From Abditibacteriaceae bacterium (GTDB lineage Bacteria > Armatimonadota > Abditibacteriia > Abditibacteriales > Abditibacteriaceae), in contig JANPJS010000276.1 of assembly GCA_031425655.1 (NCBI GenBank), forward strand, positions 1 through 16,468: a DNA stretch of 16,468 nt, read 5' to 3'. The translations under genes were made by a program, and so were the position numbers. A model generated the notes under the pieces. That model saw only the letters and a program-made list of their open reading frames with translations. It was not told the DNA's origin and did no database searches. Shown in pieces: positions 1 to 7,875 of the stretch. Each line of letters begins with the position of its first letter. Position 1 is the stretch's first letter.

Positions 1-27
1 GGCGCAAGCCCCGCTTCGTTTCTACCC

Positions 28-924
28 ATGAAAATTTTATTGACAGGCATCAGCGGGCGCGTGGGACGCATGACCGCTCTCGATTTTTTGGATAACGGCC
101 ACGAGGTTCGCGGATTGGACAAAGCGCCGCTGCCCGAAGCATTGCGCGGACGCGTGGAAATGGTTTACGCCGAAATCACCGACCGTTTTGCGCTTTTGCG
201 CGCAGCGGAAGGCTGCGATGCGATCTGCCACATCGCCGCGATTCCCAATCCGGGCCACTTGGACGACGTGATTTTCCAGACCAACGTAACAGGCACACAA
301 TACGCGTTAGCCGCCGCCGAAGCGCACGGCATCACGAAATTCGCGCACGCTTCGACGTGTTGCACCTTCGGCATCGTCTTCGCAAAACACCCGATTGAGC
401 CGCAGTATTTGCCGATGGACGAAAAGCACCCGACGCTGACACAAGACCTTTACGGCCTGTCGAAATTGCTGAACGAGGAAACCTGCGCCACTTATTCCCG
501 ACGCTGCGGAATGACCACGATTTGCCTGCGCTTGTCTACGGTGACGAATCTGCGCGATGCCAAACATCAACATTGGATCAAGCGCCGTTTGCAGCACTCA
601 CGCGATTGGCGCGCCGACGACCTGTGGACGTATATTGACGACCGCGACACCGCCCGCTCTTTTCGTCTGGCATTGGAAAACGCGCCGGACGGCCATCACG
701 TCGCCATCATCGCCGCGCGCGATTCGTTCACGCCTTACGATATTCGTGATCTAATTCGCCAGCATTTTCCCGGCGCAGCGGCACACGCCGATAATCTCGA
801 AGCGCACGGCAGCGCTTATTCCACACGAGCCGCCGAAGAGATTTTTGGCTTCGTCGCCGAACATTCGTGGCGCGATATTCCTGAACTCGCCGAAACAGCG
901 GAAGAAGTATTGCTGAACAAATAA
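28..924 (+). CDS. NAD-dependent epimerase/dehydratase (extended SDR family)
   Basis: 298-aa ORF with N-terminal Rossmann motif LLTGISGRVG, HIAA, and catalytic YxxxK (YGLSK). Confidence 0.9.
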   Translation: MKILLTGISGRVGRMTALDFLDNGHEVRGLDKAPLPEALRGRVEMVYAEITDRFALLRAAEGCDAICHIAAIPNPGHLDDVIFQTNVTGTQYALAAAEAHGITKFAHASTCCTFGIVFAKHPIEPQYLPMDEKHPTLTQDLYGLSKLLNEETCATYSRRCGMTTICLRLSTVTNLRDAKHQHWIKRRLQHSRDWRADDLWTYIDDRDTARSFRLALENAPDGHHVAIIAARDSFTPYDIRDLIRQHFPGAAAHADNLEAHGSAYSTRAAEEIFGFVAEHSWRDIPELAETAEEVLLNK

Positions 925-997
925 TTCACCGCAGAGACGCAAAGAACGCAAAGAATTTAAGAATCTCTGCGTTCTTTGCGTCTCTGCGGTGAATTAT
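921..997. repeat. Long palindrome (CACCGCAGAGACGCA family) between convergent genes; probable bidirectional terminator or REP-like element
   Basis: Perfect 30-bp inverted repeat: 921-950 ataattcaccgcagagacgcaaagaacgca and 968-997, with a 17-nt spacer. It fills the whole gap and contains the epimerase TAA stop. Confidence 0.9.
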
Positions 998-2712
998 CAG
1001 AGTGATCGAACTCGCGCCACGACTTCGTCTATCGGCACGGTTTCGTTGAGCGATTTGTCGCGTGAGCGAATCTCGACTCCGCCGCCGCTTTGCGTGGTTT
1101 TTCCGGCCACGATTTGAATCGGAATACCGAATAAATCGGCGTCGGCGAATTTGGCGCCGGGACGCTCGTTTCGGTCATCGAAAAGCACATCCACGCCTGC
1201 CGCTTTCAAGTCTGCGTAAAGCTTTTCGGCAATGGCGCGCGTAACGTCGTCTTTTTCCAAGAGCAGCAAATGCGCGTCGTAAGGCGCTACGCTGGCGGGC
1301 CAGATGACGCCGTTATCGTCACGGTGCGCTTCGGCAATCGCGGCCACAATGCGCGACACGCCGATGCCGTAACAGCCCATTTCCAAGATGCGTCGCTTGC
1401 CGTTTTCATCGAGAAAGCCAGCGTCCATCGCCTTCGAGTATTTGTTGCCCAATTTGAAAACGTGGCCCAGTTCGATGCAGCGCGCTTCTTCGAGCGGCCC
1501 GCCGCCGTTTGGCGAGTCTTCGCCGGCTTTGGCTTCGCGCATATCGGCCCATTGCGTGACGACAATATCGCGTTCAACATCCACGCCGCGCAGATGAAAT
1601 CCGTCTTTATTGGCGCCCGTTGTCATGCGTTTGCGCCCGCGCAGGCTTTGGTCAGCGATTACGGTTTGTTTCGTCAAATTGACCGCGCCCAAGCTGCCGG
1701 GAAGTGCACCAAGCAGCGCGAAAATCTCTTCGGCGGTTGCCGCACGCAAAGCGCCGACGCCTAATGCGTTCGCTAATTTTGCTTCATTCAGTTGATGGTC
1801 GCCGCGCAGCAAGGCCAATATCGCCCCCCCTTTGCTCCCCCCCGCCGGGGGGGAAACAGGGGGGGCGATATAAACCAGCGTTTTGATTTGATGCTCGGCT
1901 GCCGCGCCGCCGGGAAAATTAGCGAGCGCGTCAATGGTGACGATGCCGGGCGTGGCAAATTCTTCGAGTTCGTCGCCGATGTCAGCGCGGTCGGCGATGG
2001 TCGACAAAATCGAAGTCGCCATTTCGAGGTTGGCGGCGTAGCCATCGCTTTCGTTAAAAAGCATGGTATCTTCGCCTGAATCGGCAATCGCCATGAACTC
2101 CTGCGTGTCGAAGCCGCCGATGCCGCCGCCCGATGCCTGCACGATCTGAAATTTCAAGCCGCAACGCGTGAAAATCGCTTTGTAGGCTTCGACCATTTTG
2201 TCGAACGAGGCGTCCAGCCCGGCTAAATCGCGGTCGAACGAATACGCGTCTTTCATTACGAATTCGCGGCCTCGAAGCAGTCCGGCGCGCGGACGCGGCT
2301 CATCGCGGAACTTGCCTTGAATCTGATAAAGCGTGATGGGCAATTGCTTGTAACTCGAAATCGAGCCGCGCACGATGTCGGTCACGACTTCTTCGTGCGT
2401 CGGGCCGAGCAAATATTTCGCGCCTTTACCGTCTTCGAGCTTGAAGAGAATATCGAGCTTATCGCGCCCGGTTTCGGCCCATAATTCTTCGGGATGCATA
2501 GCCGGCATCAGCAATTCGATGGCTCCGGCGCGATCCATTTCCTCGCGCACGATTTGCTCGACGCGGCGCAAAACGCGCCATCCGAGCGGTAAATACGAGT
2601 AAATTCCAGCACTGAGTTGGCGAATGAAGGCGCCGCGCAAGAGCAAGGCGTGGCCGGGATTATCGGACTTGACTTGTCGCAACGTCGGCGCAAAAAATTG
2701 AGATTGTCGCAT
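997..2712 (-). CDS. proS: Proline--tRNA ligase (bacterial type with INS editing domain)
   Basis: Motifs GPTHEE, KFRDEPRPRAGLLRGREFVMKDAYSF, IELGHVFKLG, MGCYGIGVSR, and anticodon domain DDRNERPGAKFADADL. Start MRQSQFFAPTLR at 2712 is preferred over 2730 because of GAGGA upstream and the typical ProRS N-terminus. Confidence 0.97.
   Translation of the reverse strand: MRQSQFFAPTLRQVKSDNPGHALLLRGAFIRQLSAGIYSYLPLGWRVLRRVEQIVREEMDRAGAIELLMPAMHPEELWAETGRDKLDILFKLEDGKGAKYLLGPTHEEVVTDIVRGSISSYKQLPITLYQIQGKFRDEPRPRAGLLRGREFVMKDAYSFDRDLAGLDASFDKMVEAYKAIFTRCGLKFQIVQASGGGIGGFDTQEFMAIADSGEDTMLFNESDGYAANLEMATSILSTIADRADIGDELEEFATPGIVTIDALANFPGGAAAEHQIKTLVYIAPPVSPPAGGSKGGAILALLRGDHQLNEAKLANALGVGALRAATAEEIFALLGALPGSLGAVNLTKQTVIADQSLRGRKRMTTGANKDGFHLRGVDVERDIVVTQWADMREAKAGEDSPNGGGPLEEARCIELGHVFKLGNKYSKAMDAGFLDENGKRRILEMGCYGIGVSRIVAAIAEAHRDDNGVIWPASVAPYDAHLLLLEKDDVTRAIAEKLYADLKAAGVDVLFDDRNERPGAKFADADLFGIPIQIVAGKTTQSGGGVEIRSRDKSLNETVPIDEVVARVRSL
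1818..1871. repeat. C7/G7 palindromic element located in frame within proS
   Basis: Outer perfect 14-bp IR atatcgccccccct (1818-1831) / agggggggcgatat (1858-1871). Inner 8-bp IR tccccccc / ggggggga around loop gcc. Translates as IAPPVSPPAGGSKGGAI. Confidence 0.8.
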
Positions 2713-2749
2713 GATATTGATGGTCCTCATCGGAAACGACGGGCTTTGC

Positions 2750-2778
2750 AGTATAAACGGGCAACTGGGCTTGGTGAA
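2750..2778 (-). promoter_or_regulatory. Putative sigma70 promoter of proS
   Basis: On the - strand, TTCACC (2778-2773), a 17-nt spacer, then TATACT (2755-2750), about 40 nt upstream of the start codon. Confidence 0.4.
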
Positions 2779-2864
2779 TTGTTTGCTCCTGACTTCTCCG
2801 TAAAGGAGAATTAGTCCAAATGAATACTCACGTCATGTTACGCGGTTGGAGCAACTTTTGTTGA

Positions 2865-2927
2865 GGACACGCTGTAGCGTGTCCCTACGGGAGCCGCATT
2901 TTTGTAGGGACACGCTACAGCGTGTCC
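2865..2927. repeat. GTAG-type REP doublet (REPIN-like)
   Basis: Two perfectly inverted 24-mers, ggacacgctgtagcgtgtccctac (2865-2888) and gtagggacacgctacagcgtgtcc (2904-2927). Each is a GTAG tetranucleotide plus an internal palindrome; spacer 15 nt. Confidence 0.85.
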
Positions 2928-3031
2928 AACTGCGCAACTCCTAAAGTAGTAATTCCGCACTGCAACTTGGCTCATCTGAAAGCTTGGTAATCCGGCCAAC
3001 CAGAGGACATCTTTTGGCCAACTCGCCTTAA

Positions 3032-3059
3032 TTCAAACGAAACAAAACGCTTTTATACT
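3032..3059 (+). promoter_or_regulatory. Putative sigma70 promoter of the galT-like cluster
   Basis: TTCAAA, a 16-nt spacer, then TATACT (3054-3059). Shares the TTTATACTG core with the divergent proS candidate promoter. Confidence 0.35.
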
Positions 3060-3130
3060 GGCGTTCGAGTGCGGCGCCTGAAAGCCCCGCCGCGATGTGC
3101 TAACTTGTATGAGGTTGGAATCGTCATCTT

Positions 3131-3160
3131 AAGGCGCGAATTTTCGGCGCTTTTTTCTTT
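3131..3160 (+). terminator. Terminator-like hairpin with U-tract in the leader of the galT-like gene
   Basis: aaggcgcgaa-tt-ttcggcgcttt (one bulge) followed by a T-rich run, just upstream of SD gaaagg (3167-3172). Confidence 0.35.
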
Positions 3161-3177
3161 GATTTTGAAAGGTTTTC

Positions 3178-4206
3178 ATGTCTGAATTACGCAAAGACCC
3201 GGTCATAGATCGCTGGGTAATTATCGCGACGGAGCGCGGGCAGCGTCCCGACCGGCTTTCGCGCCCCGAAGAAACGCAGCCGGGCGGATTCGATCCGTTC
3301 GCGTCCGGCAACGAAGACCGCACGCCGCCTGAAATTCAAGCGTGGGGCCGGACCGACGGCGCGGCGCCGAATTCTCCCGGATGGCGCGTGCGTGTGGTGC
3401 CCAATAAATTTCCGGCGCTTTCCAACGAAGGCGAACTCGAACCGCAGGGACTGGGAATGTATGATTTGGCGCGCGGCGTCGGCGCTCACGAAGTCATCAT
3501 TGAACACCCGAATCACGATTGGGACTTTGATACCGCTGCCAGCGAAGAAATGCGTCTGGTTTTGGACGCCTATATCGCTCGCATCAACGCGCTGCGCGAA
3601 GACCCGCGCTTTCGCTACATCATCGTGTTTCGCAACGTGGGCACACGGGCCGGAGCCACGCTCTCGCATCCGCACTCGCAGGTTATCGCGGTGCCGATTC
3701 TGCCCAAACTCATCAAAGAGCAGCTTGATGCCGCCAGCGAGTATTTCGAGCGCAAACAGCGCTGCCTTTACAGCGACATAATGCGGCAGGAATTGGCGAT
3801 GGGCGACCGCGTCGTCGAGTCAGGCGAGCATTTCGTGGTTCTCAGCCCGTTTGCGGCGCGCTTTCCTTATGAAGTCCAGATTTTTCCGCGCCGCCAAAGC
3901 CATGATTTCACGCTTTGCACACCGGCGGAGCTTGATGCTTTAGGCGAAGTGCTGTCGCGCACGCTGCGGCGCTACAAAAAGGCATTGGGCGACCCGGCTT
4001 ACAACATGATGCTGCAAACCGCGCCGGTGCAAAGCCTCCAGCCCGGCCACCCGGAATATCGCGGCACCGTCGCGCAGGATTTCTGCTGGCACATTGATAT
4101 TCTGCCGCGCCTGACCAACGTCGCCGGTTTCGAATGGGGCACCGGCTTTTATATCAACCCCGTCTCACCCGAACGCGCCACCGAATTTCTGCGCGAAGCC
4201 GAATAA
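3178..4206 (+). CDS. galT: GalT-family (HIT superfamily) sugar-1-phosphate nucleotidyltransferase
   Basis: 342 aa; ELRKDP..RWVIIA..R..RP, RVVPNKFPAL, HEVIIE, catalytic HPHSQ, AGFEWGTG. SD gaaagg. Family is secure; substrate is uncertain. Confidence 0.9.
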   Translation: MSELRKDPVIDRWVIIATERGQRPDRLSRPEETQPGGFDPFASGNEDRTPPEIQAWGRTDGAAPNSPGWRVRVVPNKFPALSNEGELEPQGLGMYDLARGVGAHEVIIEHPNHDWDFDTAASEEMRLVLDAYIARINALREDPRFRYIIVFRNVGTRAGATLSHPHSQVIAVPILPKLIKEQLDAASEYFERKQRCLYSDIMRQELAMGDRVVESGEHFVVLSPFAARFPYEVQIFPRRQSHDFTLCTPAELDALGEVLSRTLRRYKKALGDPAYNMMLQTAPVQSLQPGHPEYRGTVAQDFCWHIDILPRLTNVAGFEWGTGFYINPVSPERATEFLREAE

Positions 4207-4209
4207 ATA

Positions 4210-4284
4210 AGTTTTGAGTTTTAAGTTTTGAATTATGAGTTAACAACTCAAAACTCAAAACTCAAAACTCAAAACTCAAAACTC
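4210..4284. repeat. Inverted heptamer tandem array (AGTTTTG)n ... (AAAACTC)n
   Basis: About 4.5 degenerate agttttg units (4210-4241) face 5 perfect aaaactc units plus a partial unit (4245-4284). Fills the galT-kinase gap. Confidence 0.9.
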
Positions 4285-4286
4285 CA

Positions 4287-7200
4287 ATGCCTCTTCCGGT
4301 TCGTGAATTACTCGCCAGTTTTCTGCAAAAGCGGCACGATACCGTGATGAAGCGGATGATGGCGCTCGTGGCCGAGCAGCCCGACCTCGACGAGTTGCGA
4401 CTCGCGGCGCAGCAGGGCGATTATCAGCATTCCATCGGCACGTTGCTTTCGTTGTTGGCGCATAACGTGGCCGATCCCAGCGATCAGCGCTGTTTTGAAT
4501 ACGCCGAGAAGCGGGCGCAGGAACGGTTCCGCCAGCAAGTGCCGGCTTATCAAATGGTGCGCTTGGTGGCGCTGCATCGCCAGGTCGTGCAGAGGATGAT
4601 TCAGCGCCATTTCACCGATGAACCGGGCATGGCCCGGCGCATGAGCGAGATCATTGACGGCCAGTTCAGCCAGCTTCAACTGACTTTTAGTTCGACTTAC
4701 GAGAACTTGCGCGATCAGCAATGGCGCGCCTCGGAAACCAAATACTACGCATTGTTCGAGAACGCCAGCGAAGCGATTCTCTCGTTTCGTCCCGGCGAAG
4801 GGCGCATCATCGAAATGAACGCCCAAGCGGTGCGCTTGTTGGGCCGCGACCGCACCGAAGTGCTTTGCACTCTGTTCATTGACCTTTTTACACCCGAACA
4901 CCGCGATCAAGCGCAGTGGCTTATAGATCATCAGCCGGGCACGGCCAATATTCGCGTCGAAGACATGGCGGTGCGGCGCGCCGACGGACTGGCGGTTCCG
5001 GTTTCGCTTTCGTGCAACTGGACGCAGGTGGGCGGCGACGGCGTGGCGCAGGTTATCATGCGCGACATTACGCAACTGCGCCAAATGCAGCGCGAACTGC
5101 GCGATTACGCCGATCAACTCGAAGGGCGCGTGGCCGAGCGCACCGCCGAGCTTCAAGTCAGCGAAGACCGTTATCGTGAGCTGTTTTTGCAAGAGCAACG
5201 GCGGGCGCAGCATTTGTCCCTTGTCAACGCCGTCGGGCGCTGCGGATTGGAAAACATCAGCGGCTCGGCGCGCTCGGCGACTTCCGGGCACGATGGCGGC
5301 GCCGATCAATTTTTGCATCAAGCGATTTTAGCGGTTCAAAGCCATTTTCCCGACTGCGATGCGGCTTTTTATTTGTGCCGCAGCGCCTACGAGACTTTGC
5401 TCGGCGAGCGCACCACCCATGACGAATTTGCCGACGAAAGCACGTTTCAGCCCGCCTTTACCGATGGTGAACGCCCTGATCTCGTCGTTATTGCGCAGGC
5501 CGGCGGGCATGGATTAACACCGCCGCCCGGCACTAAAGTCCCGATAGGCGCCGGTTTGCCCGGTTTGGCGGCGCAAAACGGCGAAATGCTGCTGATAGAG
5601 CAAAATGCCGTGCAGGACGAACGCTACCAACGCACTCCCGGTGTGCATCGAGACAGCGAAGCGCAAATCTGTGTGCCGATTTTCATCGAAAACGTCATGG
5701 CCGGCGTGATGGAAATGTGCAGCGATACCACCGGCGTTTTCGACAGCCACGATGTCGGCGCGCTGCAAACCGTGTCCGGCATCATCGCGGGGCATTTGCA
5801 GTCGAGCCGCGTCTTTCGTGAAATGCGCGAACTCTCCGAATTTCACCAAACGCTCACCGATACCATGCTGCATTCGCTGCTCATCATTGGACGAGACGGC
5901 TTGATTCGCGTGGTAAATCGGCGCCTGTGCCAAACGCTGCGGACTTCGCGCGAAGCCATGATTTATCAGTCTTTGGAACACGTTTTAGGCGAAAGCACGG
6001 CGCAAAAACACGATTTGCACGAAGTGCAGCGGCAAGTGCGGTCGCTGGGCATTCCGTGGGAATTGCAGGATGTTCACGTTCGCGTCAGTCCGGGCGATGC
6101 GCCCGACTACACGGTCGTTTTCGATCTGCGCTTTTTCCGCATTTTCTTTCGCGGCGAAGCCCAGGTCGTGCTGCTGATGATCAATGTCACGCAGCGTTGG
6201 CGCCGCGAAAACCAGATGCAAATGATGAACGAAATGGGGCGCCTGTTTCAATCGTCCCTCGACGTGGATACCGTGCTGCACACGGTTCTGACCTGCATTA
6301 CGGCGGGGCCGGCGCTTGGTTTTAATCGCGCCTTCGTGTTTCTGCGCGACGAAGGCACCGATTGTTTTCGCGGTGCGATGGCGCTGGGGCCATCATCGGT
6401 GGAAGAAGCCAATCGCATCTGGTGGGAATTGTCGCAGCGCGAAATGAGCTTGCAGGAAATTTTGGATGCTTCGCCTAAAAACGCCATGCTCACGCCGCTG
6501 CAAGAGCGCGTCACCACGATCAGCTTCGATCTCGATAATCCGGCCTTGCCCGCCTTGGTCAGAGCCGTTCTGGAAACACGCGCTTTTCGCGTGTCGCCCG
6601 ACGAAATGTTCGTGGATGTCGAGCAAGCCCTTTTGGACGGAGCGGCCCCGGCCCGACTTCGCCGCGACGAGGAATATAGCCGCGAATATCTTATGGCGCG
6701 CGACCTATTTACGGCGCGCCAGACGGCCATCGCGCCGCTCGTGGCTAAAGATCGCGTCATTGGTGTCGTCATCGCCGACAATCTGTATTCGGAAACGCCG
6801 GTCGAGAGCGGCGATGTGCAACTGCTCGACACACTGGCGCGCCAAGCTGGTCTGGCCTTAGACAACGCGCGCGCCTACGAGCAATTGCAGAAAGCGCAAA
6901 AAGACCTCTTAGCCGCCGACCGATTGGTTGTAATCGGCGAATTGGCGGCACGCATCAGCCATGAAATTCGCAATCCTCTGGCGACTATCGGCGGTTGGGC
7001 GCGCAATCTCACGCGCAAAGCCGATAATCCCGCCGAAGTGCAGCGCAAAGCTGTGATTATCATGGACGAGGTCAAGCGCCTTGAGGAACTGCTCACCGAC
7101 GTGCTGGGAATGTCGCGCGCACGCCCGTTGAACCTCGAAGCCAACCAAATCAACGAAATAATCGAGCGCGCCCTGATGTTGGCCGAAGCCGACATCCGCG

Positions 7201-7661
7201 CCAATAACGTCCGTGTGGAACGGCAGTTAGAAGCCGACTTGCCGTTGACATTAGTAGACCGCAGTCGCTTATTACAAGCCTTGCTCAACATTATTCGCAA
7301 CGGCGCCCAAGCGATGTCAGACAAGGAAAGCGGCCTTTTGAGTATCGCCACCCGTCTGACGCGCCCATCCGAAGAGGTTTTAGCGGCGCATCCCGACACG
7401 CCGTCTCTCATTGACATCGAAATCCGCGATAATGGCAGAGGGATTTCGCAGCAGGCACTGAAACAAGTTTTCGACCCGTTTTTCTCGACCAAGCTGAGCG
7501 GTTCGGGCCTCGGTCTGTCGGTAACACGGCGCATCGTGCAGGATCACGGCGGCGAAATTGAAGTCTATTCCGAGCCGGATCAGGGCACGACTTTCGTGCT
7601 GCGCCTACCCTATCGTGCGATTTCCGTGGATGTGCCGGAACCGACAAACGGCGAGGATTAA
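4287..7661 (+). CDS. Cytoplasmic multi-sensor histidine kinase (helical N-terminal domain, PAS, GAF, PAS-like, GAF, HisKA, HATPase)
   Basis: 1124 aa; PAS (YYALFENASEAI...RDIT), GAF-like segments, H-box SHEIRNPL, N-box NIIRNGAQAM, G1 DNGRGI, F-box FDPFFSTK, G2 GSGLGL. No obvious transmembrane helix. Confidence 0.92.
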   Translation: MPLPVRELLASFLQKRHDTVMKRMMALVAEQPDLDELRLAAQQGDYQHSIGTLLSLLAHNVADPSDQRCFEYAEKRAQERFRQQVPAYQMVRLVALHRQVVQRMIQRHFTDEPGMARRMSEIIDGQFSQLQLTFSSTYENLRDQQWRASETKYYALFENASEAILSFRPGEGRIIEMNAQAVRLLGRDRTEVLCTLFIDLFTPEHRDQAQWLIDHQPGTANIRVEDMAVRRADGLAVPVSLSCNWTQVGGDGVAQVIMRDITQLRQMQRELRDYADQLEGRVAERTAELQVSEDRYRELFLQEQRRAQHLSLVNAVGRCGLENISGSARSATSGHDGGADQFLHQAILAVQSHFPDCDAAFYLCRSAYETLLGERTTHDEFADESTFQPAFTDGERPDLVVIAQAGGHGLTPPPGTKVPIGAGLPGLAAQNGEMLLIEQNAVQDERYQRTPGVHRDSEAQICVPIFIENVMAGVMEMCSDTTGVFDSHDVGALQTVSGIIAGHLQSSRVFREMRELSEFHQTLTDTMLHSLLIIGRDGLIRVVNRRLCQTLRTSREAMIYQSLEHVLGESTAQKHDLHEVQRQVRSLGIPWELQDVHVRVSPGDAPDYTVVFDLRFFRIFFRGEAQVVLLMINVTQRWRRENQMQMMNEMGRLFQSSLDVDTVLHTVLTCITAGPALGFNRAFVFLRDEGTDCFRGAMALGPSSVEEANRIWWELSQREMSLQEILDASPKNAMLTPLQERVTTISFDLDNPALPALVRAVLETRAFRVSPDEMFVDVEQALLDGAAPARLRRDEEYSREYLMARDLFTARQTAIAPLVAKDRVIGVVIADNLYSETPVESGDVQLLDTLARQAGLALDNARAYEQLQKAQKDLLAADRLVVIGELAARISHEIRNPLATIGGWARNLTRKADNPAEVQRKAVIIMDEVKRLEELLTDVLGMSRARPLNLEANQINEIIERALMLAEADIRANNVRVERQLEADLPLTLVDRSRLLQALLNIIRNGAQAMSDKESGLLSIATRLTRPSEEVLAAHPDTPSLIDIEIRDNGRGISQQALKQVFDPFFSTKLSGSGLGLSVTRRIVQDHGGEIEVYSEPDQGTTFVLRLPYRAISVDVPEPTNGED

Positions 7662-7664
7662 CAG

Positions 7665-7750
7665 CAAGGCAAACGCACGAGAACTGCCCGGCGAATAAAT
7701 TCGCCGGGCACTCAGGCAAGCCTCCGAAAAATCCTCATGCGTTTGCCCTG
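7665..7750. mobile_element. Short (86 bp) CAGGGC-ended MITE with target-site duplication
   Basis: Imperfect TIRs caaggcaaacgcacgag / ctcatgcgtttgccctg. Flanking direct repeat gattaacag(c) at 7656-7664/5 and 7751-7759/60. Central palindrome tgcccggcgaataaattcgccgggca. Last 44 bp identical to 13689-13732. Confidence 0.85.
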
Positions 7751-7875
7751 GATTAACAGCGTATTAACCTTCGCGGCTCCGTGCGCGCTGTTAAACTACC
7801 CGGCGACCGTAACCGCCGTTCCCAAGCCGCACCGATGCCGTGTTTTGATTTCAATTCTTTCGACGGAGGCTCATC

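Noticed and set aside
2830..2870. T-box riboswitch upstream of proS (aaccgcg on the - strand)
   Set aside because: It lacks the required GGTGGNACC core, and a candidate promoter lies only about 40 nt from the start, leaving no room for a T-box leader.
2888..2897. cgggagccgc shared between the REP spacer and the terminator at 16333-16342
   Set aside because: A 10-nt GC-rich match with little extension; consistent with chance.
4210..4284. Heptamer arrays (also 8255-8351) as a CRISPR array
   Set aside because: Units are 7 nt and contiguous with no unique spacers, and there are no cas genes.
4308..5321. 337-aa antisense ORF, and similar ones such as 8962-9786, 6875-7534 and 13830-14543
   Set aside because: Shadow ORFs opposite well-supported genes in GC-rich DNA, with no recognisable motifs.
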